Assembly (NCBI GenBank): GCA_964016885.1
Contig: OZ024746.1
Coordinates: 10,664,001-10,728,000, forward strand
Origin: Eledone cirrhosa
Taxonomy: Eukaryota
Direction: 5' to 3'
Length of the DNA stretch: 64,000 nucleotides
Below, one piece after another: positions 42,133 through 57,588 of the stretch. Numbering within the stretch: position 1 is the stretch's first letter; the number at the start of each line of letters is the position of its first letter. Under the pieces are notes generated by a model. The model was not told the origin of the DNA and did no database searches. It saw only the letters and a list, made by a program, of their open reading frames with translations. Made by a program: the position numbers and the translations under genes.

Positions 42133-42452
42133 TATATATAATATTATTATGCGTACACATTCACGCACAGACCGACAAACACACACTTATTTTGGCTGAC
42201 ATTGTTGCCTGTTACTCCGGAATTCTTCCGACTTATTGACAACAGTAGGTAAAGACATCTGGCCCCGACGCCAGTTCAACGTGTCTACACGGGTTACTCA
42301 GCTCAAAAGCCGGATTGATTTTTGCTTTATTAGTGTGCATCCTGTTAGTGTCTCTTGGCATAGTAATAAAGAAATCATTATTTGCATCCTGACATTGTAT
42401 TGAGCGTCATGGGATTGTCTACTCTTTCATTCTTATATCTGTATAATAGAAA

Positions 42453-42503
<51 letters not shown>

Positions 42504-42577
42504 TCCTTCTTTTTTCTTTCTTTCTTCCTTTTTTCTTTCTTTTTTTCTTTCTTTCTTTTCTCTTTCTTTCATTCTTT

Positions 42578-42609
<32 letters not shown>

Positions 42610-42615
42610 TTCGTT

Positions 42616-42654
<39 letters not shown>

Positions 42655-43018
42655 GCCTCTTTCGTCCTCTTTTGTTCCTAAACTGACCTTAGGCCCGTAT
42701 GTCTGTATGCAGGGGTATGCCTGTACCTACGTCTGGGTGTATTTCCCTCCTTCGTCCTATGATTTACTCTACTGAGTCCGGCCAAAGCCAGCTTGCGTGT
42801 TCAGTCAACTGTGACGAGACGAATATTTGATGTTACGGTGAGATGTCACTAGCTAGCGTCAGGCTTTTCCTGTCTGAGGAACCGTCAACATGCCTGTGAT
42901 ACTCCAGTGGAACAGACCTCTGGGATCAGCCTCGATTCCAGTGTGGTATTGAGACACTTTCCTCCCGTCCCTTAATACCAAACACCAAAGAAAACATATT
43001 TATACACACACACACACA

Positions 43019-43093
<75 letters not shown>

Positions 43094-43213
43094 TAAAATA
43101 ACAGATTAAAGTTTAAACAAAGAACCGGTGCTTTCACCCTTAACGGGATCTTCTGAAACTAACAAAGTCAATCTGTAAACGCAGAAGTGAATATTTCAAA
43201 AAACGTTGCAACC

Positions 43214-43290
<77 letters not shown>

Positions 43291-43326
43291 TATATATATG
43301 TATATATATATATGTATATATATGTA

Positions 43327-43360
<34 letters not shown>

Positions 43361-43448
43361 CATATATATATATACATATATATATATATAAGCAAATGAA
43401 TGAGTGAATGAAGGAGTTACAAGCCGTTAAAACGTTTCTTTATATAGC

Positions 43449-43485
43449 TCTTACAGGTGTTTCGCCCAGAAGTGCTCTTCAGAGA
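43449..43485 (-). ncRNA. Type I hammerhead motif, intact core
   Basis: TCT-CTGAAGA-GCACTTCTGGGC-GAA-ACACCTGT-A-AGA; GTA cleavage triplet. Confidence 0.7.
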
Positions 43486-43687
43486 CAGAGATTCCTAAAG
43501 TTACGTCTATAATTACCTGCTTCATCCTCTCCTACGATACTTTAACCCTATTATATATATATATATATATATATATACAGTCACACAGACACACACGCAT
43601 ACGCACACACACACACATTATATATATACACAGACACACATACACACACGCATCCACACACACACACACATACACACAGACACACAC

Positions 43688-43772
<85 letters not shown>

Positions 43773-44082
43773 CATATAATACTTCTAGTGATGATCGGGT
43801 GTCAAATATGTTAAATTATTTATTTGTTAAACTGACGCAACATACATAGTGTGTGACGTTATTTACATTTACACTGATTAACAAACATAGTCTTATAGTT
43901 TAATGACACACTCAACACATACACACTACTTGCAAATTACTGATAAGCATTATGTATGTATGTATGCATGTATGTATGTATGTATGTATGTATGTATGTA
44001 TGTATGTATGTATGTATGTATGTATGTATGTATGTATGCATGCATGCATGTATGTATGTATGTATGTATGTATGTATGTATG

Positions 44083-44136
<54 letters not shown>

Positions 44137-44244
44137 CATGTATGTATGTATGTATGTACATACATACACACATACATACTGCATATACACATGCATACAC
44201 ACATACATATGTATATATATATATGTATGTGTATATATATACAC

Positions 44245-44277
<33 letters not shown>

Positions 44278-44438
44278 AATATAAATATATATATACATAC
44301 ATACATATATATAATATATATAATATATATATATATAAATAAAAATAGACCAGGAGATAAAATGTCCTCATCAGTAGTCTGCTGACTGTCGTTGGTATTT
44401 CGACGCATTAAGGACTAGATACCTAAAATTAGTGCGAG

Positions 44439-44486
<48 letters not shown>

Positions 44487-44889
44487 GCATACATATACAC
44501 ACACACAAACACACACACTCATATATGTATACATACATGCATACATAAAGAGGTGTTGACGCCAACACTACGCAGGATAGAATTGCCGAGATATTTGCAG
44601 ATGGAGCAGGAATCATGAGAACTATTTCAATGGTTTATTGGAGCCAATGTTGTAAGGTCATGAGTTCGATTCCCTTAATGAACCGTGAGTTGTGTCCTTT
44701 AGCAAGACTTATATATCTGTTCGTATATTGCTGCGCACACACATATACATATATTCGTATGTTGAACGTTTATATCACTTTTATTTCGTTTTATAGTTAT
44801 TTCTCCTAGTCAATATACCTCTTTATTTACAATAGTTTATAACTTTGCCTATTAATCGGTATGGTGAGCAAATGGGGTCCCACTTGCTG

Positions 44890-45120
44890 GCCTCCCCACA
44901 GCCCCGGCGGACAGAATGGAGAAGGCGTTTCCCTGGAGGATGGTAAGGGAGATGCGCTGGAAGAGCTATTCCAAATCGCGAGGCTCACTCCTGCGGCTGG
45001 CCAGCTCAGCGCCTATGGTGGTGAATAGGGAGGTAGTTCTAGGGGAAAGGACACCAGAAGTCTCCACTGCCAAGGGCACGACCGCGATCCTGTCGGAGAG
45101 CGACCAGTATTTGGAGAACA
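44890..45120 (-). mobile_element. 3' fragment of CRE-like non-LTR element (restriction-like endonuclease)
   Basis: KYWSLSDRIAVVPLAVETSGVLSPRTTSLFTTIGAELASRRSEPRDLE*LFQRISLTILQGNAFSILS. Confidence 0.75.
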
Positions 45121-45261
45121 CATTCGTATGTGGTGTCTGTATGTACGTGTGTAATTGGATGTTAGCTTGGCCGGGTGTTTAAGGCTGACGCTTCGCAGTC
45201 ATCATCGGGTCTGTACACTTACTGTTTAGTTTGGGTTGGTTTTCGCTTCTGTAGGTTTGTA

Positions 45262-45562
45262 TGTATGGAAATATGAATAGAAGGTGAAATACCAACGGAT
45301 TGAAAAGATGCAATAATGACCCCTTTATACAAAACCAAAGGCCAGCAGGAATAATGTGGAAATTATAAAGGAATAGCTCTTCTCGGTGCAACAGGGAACA
45401 TTCTCACAACACTCATGTTTTCAAAACTAAATCATAATATATCCAACCTAATTTTATCAGAATCATAATATGGCTTTCGGACCCAAATAAGTACGATTGA
45501 TATAATCTTTACAGCATTTCTAATTAAAGAAAAGTTTTATGAACGGCAACATAACCTGTATC
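45262..45562 (+). mobile_element. RTE-clade LINE RT N-terminal fragment (fossil)
   Basis: EGEIPTD*KDAIMTPLYKTKGQQE*CGNYKGIALLGATGNIL...[28 protein letters not shown]. Confidence 0.85.
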
Positions 45563-45596
45563 AAGTATAATATATATTATAAATTATATACATATT

Positions 45597-45709
<113 letters not shown>

Positions 45710-45732
45710 TTATATATCTCTATAATATATAC

Positions 45733-45781
<49 letters not shown>

Positions 45782-45931
45782 GATAACAAGTTACCGTTTT
45801 CTTGTACAAGTTATCGGTTGTGAGTACTCTGTATTGTGAATTGTTTTAGCGTACGGCGTTGTTTGACAGAGGTTTCCATAGTTAGGTAGCGAGTTCGTGA
45901 GAATTCCCATGCAGGTTATTCTTGGAGTAAT

Positions 45932-46167
45932 AATAGTGAAAGATTGAGCAATAACATGGTCGGCTGTACAACAAGGGTTTTATTTCTAGTATTAACAATT
46001 GTTTCGTTGATTCCGATGATTTGATCAGAGGTAAACACTGTAGTTAAGGTCGAGTGACGTAACTTCGAGTGGTGAGCGGCCTTTAGACTCACCTGACCAA
46101 TGAAACAATTGTTAATACTAGAAATAAAAGCCTTTTTGTACAGTCGGCCATGTTATTCCTCAATCTT

Positions 46168-46175
<8 letters not shown>
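45932..46175. repeat. Inverted repeat, ~73-bp arms each starting GAAACAATTGTT
   Basis: 45932-46005 versus 46102-46175; the arms begin with a hammerhead-like GAAA plus palindromic ACAATTGT; the right arm ends in (TA)n. Confidence 0.8.
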
Positions 46176-46226
<51 letters not shown>

Positions 46227-46231
<5 letters not shown>

Positions 46232-46440
46232 AACGAGTAGGACCCCGACGGCTGAGCTCAAGCCGTTTCGACGGTTAATTCTGGACTAAAGTTCATTTTT
46301 AGTTCAGATTTAGCCGTCGAAACAGCTTGAGCTCAGCCGTCGGGGTAAAACTCGTTCCTATTACCCACTCTACTACCCTAAGTATTGAGTACTTTGGTAC
46401 GTTATGGTCCACCTGGTTCCTTACCACATTTCCTTCGTTA
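46227..46440. mobile_element. Fold-back copy of the 6606 hammerhead-element family (other copies 38860-38945, 40520-40655)
   Basis: Inverted arms 46227-46290 and 46298-46361 around GTTCATT, then a tail shared with 40575-40655. Confidence 0.8.
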
Positions 46441-46464
46441 TATATATATATATATGTATGTAAA

Positions 46465-46692
46465 AGGTAAACAGAATTAACAACACAATCGGTACAGTAT
46501 ATGGAAGGGATATATTAGGTTAACGCTTGATATAGTAGGAAGAGGGTCTTAACGTTTCAGACGCTAGTCCTTCATCAGAAGAAGGAATGAGAAATAAAAT
46601 AGATTGAGAGGACGGGCGGGATGGAATTGAAATAAATGTCTTTAGATAGAAATAACAGGTCCATTCATGTTGACATCTCGTGTAAGGACGTA

Positions 46693-46700
<8 letters not shown>
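46465..46700 (-). mobile_element. Hammerhead-bearing short element; intact motif at 46547-46582
   Basis: TCTT-CTGATGA-A-GGAC-TAGC-GTCT-GAA-ACGT-T-AAGA; palindromic ACGT stem III. Confidence 0.8.
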
Positions 46701-46723
<23 letters not shown>

Positions 46724-46731
<8 letters not shown>

Positions 46732-46851
46732 ATACTTTGGGAGGGTCATGTTGCCAATAAGAAACACACGCACCAGTTACTTTCACTTCAATTTATTATA
46801 ATAAATTTATAAATTTATAATTTATAAATTTCCGGTTGGTTGGTTGGTTGG
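46724..46851 (-). mobile_element. 3' part of the 29384 element
   Basis: Nearly identical to 29384-29510; between (TA)n tracts. Confidence 0.85.
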
Positions 46852-46856
46852 TATAC

Positions 46857-47122
<266 letters not shown>

Positions 47123-47126
47123 TTAT

Positions 47127-47290
47127 AGGCGGCGAATTAGAAGAGTGATTAGGACGCCAGATAGAATACTTTGTGGCCTTCGTTTCGGCTCTATGTACTT
47201 TCTGAGTTCAATTCCTGCCGAGGTCAACTTTGCCTTTCATCCATTCGAGGGCGATAAAAGAAGGACCAATCTAGTACTGGCGTCGATTAT
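47127..47290 (+). mobile_element. Family A SINE
   Basis: GAGTTCAATTCCTGCCGAGGTCAACTTTGCCTTTCATCC. Confidence 0.75.
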
Positions 47291-47538
47291 TCCTTTATAT
47301 CTCTTTCTCACTTCTATATTCCCACTCTCTCTATCCTTCTCTGGAAGAAATCTACTGTATTCACACCTGGAGAGGAGATGGGCCCCGCTAGGTTTTAAAA
47401 AGATTGCCATAGGAACGCCGAATGTCAATACGGTGCCCCGGGGACACTCAGGAATGTCGGGACCATACATGCATATGTATATGTGTATATATGTACGAAT
47501 CTATATATCACTCACACATTCTCCCCCCTCTCTCTCTT

Positions 47539-47575
<37 letters not shown>

Positions 47576-47627
47576 GAAAAAAGAGAAGAATGAACTCATT
47601 GAATTAGTCATTCTTGTTATTAGTTAA

Positions 47628-47669
<42 letters not shown>

Positions 47670-47796
47670 GCATATCGTATATATATATATTACACACATA
47701 CACTCACACACACACACACATTTATATATATACATGTGTGTGTGTATGGTTGTGTGTTGTGTATGTGTGTAATATATATATATATATACGATATGC

Positions 47797-47837
<41 letters not shown>

Positions 47838-47880
47838 TATCGTATATATATATATATGACACACACACACACACACACAC

Positions 47881-47952
<72 letters not shown>

Positions 47953-48379
47953 GTGTGTGTGTATGGTTGTGTGTTGTGTATGTGTGTGCCGCATAATTTG
48001 ATTTTAAAATTGCAAGGAATATAAACTACTAAATAAAGTTATTCAAGCCCCCACCCCCCCGGGCTATTTTCGGCTAAATTCACCACGGGACAATACTTTT
48101 CTCATACAATGAGTTAATGACAATACACACGCCTACATATATACATACATGGATGTACACACACACACATACGTACGTACATACATATATACATATACGC
48201 ACACATACAGACGTATGTACATACATACATGGATGTATGTACACACACATACTTACGTACATACATATATATACAAACATATATATATACGACACACAAA
48301 TACATACGTACATACATACATACATGGATGCACACACACACACATACATAGATACATACGTACATACATGCACATACAT

Positions 48380-48980
48380 ACATACATTACATACATACAT
48401 GCGCACACATACATACATTACATACATACATGCATGCATACACATACATACATTACATATATAGATACATACATACATTACATACATACATGCACACACA
48501 TACATACATTACATATATACATACATACATACATACATTACATACATACATGCACACACATACATACATTACATATATACATACATACATACATTACATA
48601 CATACATGCGCACACATACATACATTACATATATACATACATACATACATTACATACATACATGCGCACACATACATACATTACATACATACATGCATGC
48701 ATACACATACATACATTACATATATAGATACATACATACATTACATACATACATGCACACACATACATACATTACATATATACATACATACATACATTAC
48801 ATACATACATGCACACACATACATACATTACATATATACATACATACATACATTACATACATACATGCGCACACATACATACATTACATACATACATGCA
48901 TGCATACACATACATACATTACATATATACATACATGCACACACATACATACATTCATGCACAGACACACATACATACAT
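48380..48980. repeat. Compound (CATA)n-based minisatellite
   Basis: Recurring CATACATTACATACATACATGC[G/A]CACACATA blocks. Confidence 0.85.
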
Positions 48981-49094
48981 GCTGTTGTTGTTGTTGTTGT
49001 GACAGCTCACACCTATGCAGGTTTAGCTGGCCCCTTCCAAGTTATATCTCGTTGAAGGTGTCTTGGGTGATTTAATGATAGGGACCCCAGTCCT

Positions 49095-49210
49095 ACCATC
49101 TCATTTCTACAGCTGAGTAAACTGGAGCAACGTGAAATAAAGTGTCTTGCTCAAGGAAACAACACATCACCCGGTCCAATTGCAAGCCCAATACTCTAAC
49201 CACTAAGCAC
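49095..49210 (-). mobile_element. Family B (CORE-like) SINE fragment
   Basis: Minus strand CCTTGAGCAAGACACTTTATTTCACGTTGCTCCAGTTTACTCAGCTGTAGAAATGAG. Confidence 0.75.
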
Positions 49211-49428
49211 ATACATACAAACATACATACATACATACATACATATATACATACATGCATACATGTATGCATATATACATACATGCATATATACATACAT
49301 GCATACATACATATATGCATGCACACATATACATACATACATATATACATACATACATACATATATACATACATGCATACATACATATATGCATGCACAC
49401 ATATACATACAAGCATACCTACACACAT

Positions 49429-49590
<162 letters not shown>

Positions 49591-49669
49591 TAAATATATA
49601 TTTATATATGTGCTCCTGTGTTTACGCGCGTATGTTTATACACATACATATATATATATATAATATATA

Positions 49670-49890
49670 GCTGACTGAATACACACGTGCTTTTTTCTCA
49701 ATTCTTTTCTGTTCCTTCCGCTTCTCACTTTCTACCTTTATATTTTATCTTTTATTTCACATTCTACCTATTGATGAAGGATGAGTGTCCGAAACGTTAA
49801 AAATCTTTTCCTACTATATCAAGCATTAAACCAATATGTTTCTTCATTGTACTGTGTTGTTTGCTTTGTTGTTTTCGTTTACTTTTTATA
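49670..49890 (+). mobile_element. Hammerhead-bearing short element; degenerate motif at 49771-49800
   Basis: TTGATGA-A-GGAT-GAGT-GTCC-GAA-ACGT-T; homologous to 31340-31570. Confidence 0.7.
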
Positions 49891-49932
49891 CACACACACA
49901 CACACATATATATGTATATATATATATATATA

Positions 49933-50029
<97 letters not shown>

Positions 50030-50059
50030 GTATATATATATATACATATATATGTATAC

Positions 50060-50097
<38 letters not shown>

Positions 50098-50280
50098 GTA
50101 TATATATGTATATATATATATATGTATATATATATATGTATATATATGTATATATATATATATATATGTATATATATGTATATATATATATGTATGTATG
50201 TATATATATATATGTATGTATATATGTATGTATATATGTATGTATATATATATATAAATGTATATATATATATATATATG

Positions 50281-50311
<31 letters not shown>

Positions 50312-50370
50312 GTGTATATATGTGTATATATGTATATATATGTGTATATATATATATATAAATATATATA

Positions 50371-50409
<39 letters not shown>

Positions 50410-50410
50410 G

Positions 50411-50441
<31 letters not shown>

Positions 50442-50474
50442 GTATATATATATGTATATGTGAATATGCATATG

Positions 50475-50585
<111 letters not shown>

Positions 50586-51058
50586 AGATAAATAAAGACA
50601 CATATATATATATATATATGTGTGTGTGTATGTGTGTATTTATATATATTTATTTACGTGTGTACGCTTCTATATATCATTAAATATATTGAAAGCGCTG
50701 ACATCTTTCATTTGCAAACTATACTTTGATGGATTCCAGCTTCTATCTCCGATCTTCAACTGAATTTTGCCGGGGAATTCATAAAATTCTTCTACTTGGA
50801 AAATGCGTTATAGAGATTCCCAAAAGCGAATGATAAAAGAATGCGTGTGAATATGTGAGTTTATTTAGTTGTGTATATGTGTGAGTGTGTGTGTCGGTGT
50901 GTGTGTGTATGTGTGTCTGTTTATGTGTGTTTGTGTGTGTCTATGTGTGTGTGTGTGTGTGCCATGTAATTTAAAAATCAAGAAGCTTCAAATTCAATTT
51001 TGGTAAATTTTAAGAGTGTTTGTGTGTGTGTGTTCAAATTCAATTTTGGTAAATTTTA

Positions 51059-51094
<36 letters not shown>

Positions 51095-51100
51095 TGTGTG

Positions 51101-51133
<33 letters not shown>

Positions 51134-51347
51134 CTATGTGTGTGTGTGTCTGTGTGTGTGTCTATGTGTGTGTGTCTGTGTATGTGTGAGTGTGTGTGTC
51201 GGTGTGTGTCTATGTGTGTGTGTATGTGTGTGTGCCATGTAATTTAAAAATAAAGAAGCTTCAAATTCCATTTTAGTAAATTTCAATATGCAATGCTTAT
51301 CTCCCGAAATGCATATTAGAATGATATGAGGGAAAGAATGAGAGAGA

Positions 51348-51434
<87 letters not shown>

Positions 51435-51470
51435 AATAAATAAATAGAGATAGACAGATAGATAGAATTA

Positions 51471-51506
<36 letters not shown>

Positions 51507-51533
51507 GTGAAAGAGAAAGAGAGAATGAGACAG

Positions 51534-51574
<41 letters not shown>

Positions 51575-51599
51575 CATGTGTGTGTGTATATATATATAC

Positions 51600-51638
<39 letters not shown>

Positions 51639-51677
51639 AATATAGATATATATATGATATGTATGTATATATATATG

Positions 51678-51770
<93 letters not shown>

Positions 51771-53000
51771 TGTGTGGTAGAGAGGTAGAGAGAGATGGAA
51801 GTTGGTGAGCGTTTCAGGGATGTTTCGAAAAAAGAGAACAAAAAAGAGCGGACAATTTCTTTTCAGTAAATAGTCAATCATCTCCACCACACCGCTCCCT
51901 CCTTATCACCTTAAAATCTTGTTTATCAGAACTATAATTTAGAAACTGTTCATATAACACCACCAACAGGAACAATAACAATCCTAATGACCAAGCCCAT
52001 GGTCGTTTCATCCGCTAGAAGTAGTAGCCAATTGTTTTTTCAAATCACAACTTACCGTCTTAAAAAGCTGTGACACATTTTGTAGTGTAGTTAACGGTAC
52101 ATGACACACACCAAAGAATGACCGGAGCTGGAATGGCTTTCGTCACCGGCCTTCTCGACCACCACCATCACAATAACAACCAACATCATCAACAACAACA
52201 TCATCATCAGCAAAATAAATATCTTTTATATTGTCCCCAGAGTACACAACTGTTGAAGAGGGTACGGTGTATAGTTGGCCCAATTGATACCACTATATCA
52301 CTGGTACTTAACTATGAGGATTTGAACTCAGGTCGAGCAGAAGCGAAAGTAAATGCTGTAAGACATCTGCCGCTCCAACATTTTAAAAACATCAGTAACA
52401 GCAACAACAACAGCAAGTGTTTGTAGCAGCGCCTGTTAACTCCCTGGAAGAATGAAATCAACGTCAATAGTCAGTGAAGTTTGATCGTTGAAAGCCCGAA
52501 GGGACCAACTGTGACTAAGATTTTAACCTGGCCCTCTATCGCCTTTGCTAGTGTACCATCTTTGTATAGCAGCAAGGGTTTCTAATTCTGACACAAGGCC
52601 AGCAATTTTGGGTGAAAGAATATCGACCCAGTACTCGATTGGGTCTTTATTTTATTAACCTAGGACGGATGAATGACAAGTTTAGGTTTGGCAGGATTTG
52701 AACCCTAAATGTAAAGTTAGGGAAGAGATACTGCTAAGCATTTGCCAGACACTCTAGTGACTGTAAATCCAACATTCTAATATTTTATACATACCACACG
52801 TTTGTGGGTATACAGTACCGTCGAATCAATCGACTCCAGTATGTGACTGATATTTTTGTTATCGATCCTGAGAAGATAAACGACCAAGATACTTTTTCCT
52901 ACACAAAGCCTCAGCCCACGGCAGGATTTTGAACGTAAAGAAAGTAAAAATGCCTAAATTTCATACCGCAGTGGTTTCTTACATTCTTACATTGCCGCAA

Positions 53001-53157
53001 AATTATAAATATTCGACTATGTCAACCCTAAATTATAAATATTCGACTATGTCAACCCTAAATTATAAATATTCGACTATGTCAACCCTAAATTATAAAT
53101 ATTCGACTATGTCAACCCTAAATTATAAATATTCGACTATGTCAACCCTAAATTATA
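53001..53157. repeat. Perfect 30-bp tandem repeat, 5.2 copies
   Basis: AATTATAAATATTCGACTATGTCAACCCTA. Confidence 0.97.
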
Positions 53158-53242
53158 CTAGTAATACTTAATCAAAGCTTACTCCATCCCCTAGAAAAAA
53201 GGATTAAAGTTAAAGTGGTCTTAACAACAACGATAGCAATAA

Positions 53243-53461
53243 TAATTGTTTCTATTTTAGGCACAAGGCCAGCAATTACTCAGTACATTACTGGTACTTT
53301 ATTTTATCGACCCCGTAAGGATGAGAGGCAAAGTTAACCTCGGCGGGATTTATAATAATTGTTTCTACTTTTGGCACAAGGTCAGTAATTACTCAGTGCA
53401 TTACTGGTACTTTATTTTATCGACCCCGTAAGGATGAAAGGCAAAGTTGACCTCGGCGGGA
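53243..53461 (-). mobile_element. Two tandem 5'-truncated family A SINEs
   Basis: 53243-53350 and 53355-53461, both ending at CCTCGGCGGGAT. Confidence 0.85.
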
Positions 53462-54192
53462 TAATGACGCCAAGGGTGACAACATAACGACACTTGAAAT
53501 GTCCTTTCACTAACATTATCACCTTTCTATCACTTTGTTTGTTTTGTTTAAATGTTCTGGCATCTCTCTCCCTCTCTAACATCCCAAATCAACTGTCATT
53601 TGTCACACAAAACGAAAACGTGCACCTGCTGAGCTGACACACAGACAGCTAAGCAAACCGACTAACCGATAATTGGTTAAAGAACATTACGTATTTTTTT
53701 CTTATAATATTCCACCTCTCTATGTGTACACAGACATACATACACACAAACACGCATATATACACATACATACACACATACACAGACACACACACACTCA
53801 CACAGGCACACACACACATATATGTGTGTGTATATATATATATATATATGAATATACATACATACGTTCTCTGTTGCATTTCTTCGTTCTCAAAGTATGT
53901 ATGTATGTATGTATGTATGTATGTATGTATGTATGTATGTATGTATGTATGTATGTATGTATGTACGTATATATGCTTGTATATATGTATGTATGCATGT
54001 ACGTATGTGTGCATGTACGTATGTTTGCATATGTATATACGTATCTCTTTGTGTATATCGTGTAACATAACCTTGCCTTTATGTGTGTCTTCTTCCCTTC
54101 ATGCATACTTATGATTCTGTGTTGCTACACGTAAGAACAACAACAAATAAATATACAAAATACATGGGTAAACAAATAAATAATAAACTGAC

Positions 54193-54258
54193 CTTTCCAA
54201 ACACAGTGTCGACACCAATATAAAGGAGGCAGATAACCAAAACGAATTTCATCAACAT
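54193..54258 (-). CDS. Candidate first coding exon with signal peptide (MLMKFVLVICLLYIGVDTVFGK)
   Basis: ACA-ATG context, K followed by a hydrophobic core and V-F-G, donor AAG|GTCAGT at phase 0; non-repetitive sequence. Confidence 0.45.
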
Positions 54259-54676
54259 TGTGGGGCCCTTCAGCGATGGCACGTGTCTTTGTATGAGGAA
54301 CACTCTTGTTGCAAGCGATGATAACGCCTGTTACACACCTTAGATATGCAAAAATATTACAAGTCAGTCAGCTCTCTATATCTACAGTTGTGTACATACA
54401 CAAATATATCTTGATATATCTATCTGTCTATGTATTTTATCTGTTATAAACCAATGACAGGGATACTATCTCAACAAATGCCTAAATCAGCTTCTCTTTT
54501 ACGCTGTTCCGTAGTGGACAACTGGTAAAGAGAGCAGTAGAACTATAAATGAGAACAGCAAAAATAGTAGCAGTAGCAGTAGCGGCAGCAGCAGCAACTG
54601 CAGCAACAGTGACAACGCTAAAAGCAGCAGCAACAACAGTACCAGCTCACAATGTTGTTGCTATTAAAATTATTAT

Positions 54677-54862
54677 CGGTGAATTGGCAGTATCGGTAGA
54701 GGGTCGGACACCATGCTTTCCAGCATAGTTACGCCCCTTTACGGTCTGAGTTCAAATCCCGTCGAGGTTAACTTTGCCTTTCATCCTTACGGGGTCGATA
54801 AAATAAAGTACCAGTAATGCACTGGGTAATTGCTGGCCTTGTGCCAAAAGTAGAAACAATTA
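54677..54862 (+). mobile_element. Family A SINE, near full length
   Basis: TGGCAGTATCGG (A box), GAGTTCAAATCCC (B box), conserved body and tail. Confidence 0.88.
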
Positions 54863-55094
54863 AAATTATTACACACACAATCCCAAATACTTGCCTATGT
54901 TATTGTATTTTAATATAATAATAACAATAATAATAATATTGCCCTTGTGACAAAAAAGAACATCCCCTTATTATACAGAAACAACAACAACAACAACATT
55001 AATAATGGTAAATTGTTTTATTGGACAATAATTATACATTTTATATAATAATTAATAATATTTGAATTAGAAAGAATTAATATTAGTTTTATAT

Positions 55095-55306
55095 TTAGTA
55101 ATAGTAGTAGTAATAGTAGTTAGTAGAAGTAGTAGTAGTGGTGTTGGTAGTAGTAGTAGTAGTAGTGGTAGTAGGAGTGGTGGTGGTGGTAGTAGTAGCG
55201 GTGTTGGTAGTAGTAGTAGTAGTAGTAGTGGTGGTAGTAGTAGTAGTGGTGTTGGTAGTAGTAGTAGTGGTAGTAGTAGTAGTAGTAGTGGTGGTAGTAG
55301 TAGTAC

Positions 55307-55337
<31 letters not shown>

Positions 55338-55401
55338 GGTGTTGGTAGTAGTAGTGGTGGTAGTAGTAGAAGTAGTAGTAGTAGTAGTAGTAGTGGTGTT
55401 G

Positions 55402-55440
<39 letters not shown>

Positions 55441-55472
55441 ATAGTAGTGGTAGTAGTAGCAGTAGTCGTAGC
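55095..55472. repeat. (GTA)n/(GGT)n imperfect microsatellite
   Basis: Direct observation. Confidence 0.95.
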
Positions 55473-55860
55473 AACACTAAGAATCAGTTAGATAAGTCTG
55501 CGGATGTTACAACACACACACACACACGCACACACACACACACACACACACAGACACAGACACAAGCACAACTACACAAACAAATACACACCCACCCAAA
55601 CAAGCAACACTATCTACCAATCTATGTATCTATCTATCTATAAAGATATCTATCTATCTACCTATCCTGACTATCTATCTGTTAGTCTATCTGTGTGTAT
55701 GTATGTGTGATTGTGTATGTATGTGTGTGGTTATGTGTGTGGTTATGTGTGTGTAGGGATGCGCGTGTGTCAAACGGATTTATCTACCCTTTTGCATCAG
55801 CCACTAATTACATAGTTATATATTTTTTCACACATCTTTTTTTGTCATGTTTCCTGTGCG

Positions 55861-55921
<61 letters not shown>

Positions 55922-55935
55922 TTATCTATCTATTA

Positions 55936-56015
<80 letters not shown>

Positions 56016-56141
56016 CTTTCTCTGTCTTCCTATATATGTATACACATATATATATGCACATATATGTATATATGTATATGTATATATATATATATGTATA
56101 TGTATACATATATATATATATGCATATAATATAATATATAC

Positions 56142-56178
<37 letters not shown>

Positions 56179-56360
56179 TATATATATAAACATATATACA
56201 TATATATGTATAATATATTATATACATACGTATAGAAACATACATACATACATATATACTAACAAATATACACTTGTATATATAATATATATATATATTA
56301 TATTATATATATATATATGTTTATTTATGTATATATATATATAATATGTGTGTTTGTATG

Positions 56361-56416
<56 letters not shown>

Positions 56417-56790
56417 CAAACACACATATGTATATTTATATAATTATTTTGCTTGTCGTTCAGAGTCAGATAGAGGCAATAGATTGCCTTGTCTTTCAAA
56501 TATTTATTTTAGGCTACTGCTACTGCTACTACATAAAGCAGCTGAACACTTCCGCAATGATGCTTTATAGAAGCCATCGACACACACACATACTATTTTA
56601 GACGATGGTGTATATTGATATAGTCAAGATCACACAAACATACAATCCCGCTTACAATTCTAACGCATTGAACCTTCTACATTTGCACACTCCGACAGAG
56701 CTGCTTGCAAGCACGTACCAGCATGCATTGGTTGTTTTGTGTATCGTCTGTCTGTCTGTCTCTCTCACACACACACACATTCTCTCTCTC

Positions 56791-56821
<31 letters not shown>

Positions 56822-56887
56822 ATTACCATTACTTTCCTTCTTTCTCTTCCTCTCACCTTCCATCTAATACACACACATGTAAACGTC

Positions 56888-56938
<51 letters not shown>

Positions 56939-56974
56939 TGTATATATGTATATAAAAATACATACATACAAATG

Positions 56975-57037
<63 letters not shown>

Positions 57038-57059
57038 CATTAAAAAACAGTTGGGAGAA

Positions 57060-57430
57060 ATATAGGAAAGAGAGAATGCGGAAGATTCCCGCTGATCGGT
57101 TCTTTCCTGGGGATCATTATAGTTTTGGATGAGACCAGATACATGCCAGTAAATGTTGGGGGCAGTGGGTCTCCAGCGGAATCTCTTAGTAAAGCCTACT
57201 GAATTCTGGGTATTAGAGGAATAAGAGGGGAACTATGAAAAGCAACATGGAAGCTGCAGAGTGGGCATCTAGACAGCTATGGCAAAAACGAAATTGCCAG
57301 TGGGGTCAGGCGTATGCTACGTGGACCCTGATTAAGGCTTGCTCAACTTTGCTTGGGTCGCCTGATTTGCTGCAAGACTAGAAACCCCCAGGATACAACA
57401 CGGATGAAGTGTCGAAGGTTTTGCATCCGT
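57060..57430 (+). mobile_element. 3' end of a HERO-like non-LTR element (restriction-like endonuclease C-terminus and 3' UTR)
   Basis: YMPVNVGGSGSPAESLSKAY*ILGIRG, frameshift, MKSNMEAAEWASRQLWQKR (compare PIEVGCRGF...SL..AY..LGI.G...EAAE.ASRWLW.KR). Confidence 0.7.
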
Positions 57431-57588
57431 GGATGTGTGAAAAACACACACACACACATAAGCGCGTACACACACACACACAAGCGCGTACACACACACA
57501 CCCAAGCGCGAACACGCGCGCGCACACACACGCACACACACACACACACACACACGCACACACACACACACACACACACATGTATATA

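Noticed and set aside
43105-43165. Additional hammerhead-like motifs (also 58860-58905)
   Set aside because: Core and stems too degenerate (CAGAAGA; TTGAAGA with poor stem II) to count.
54677-54775. tRNA gene
   Set aside because: The A and B boxes belong to SINE heads; no cloverleaf, and the SINE body follows.
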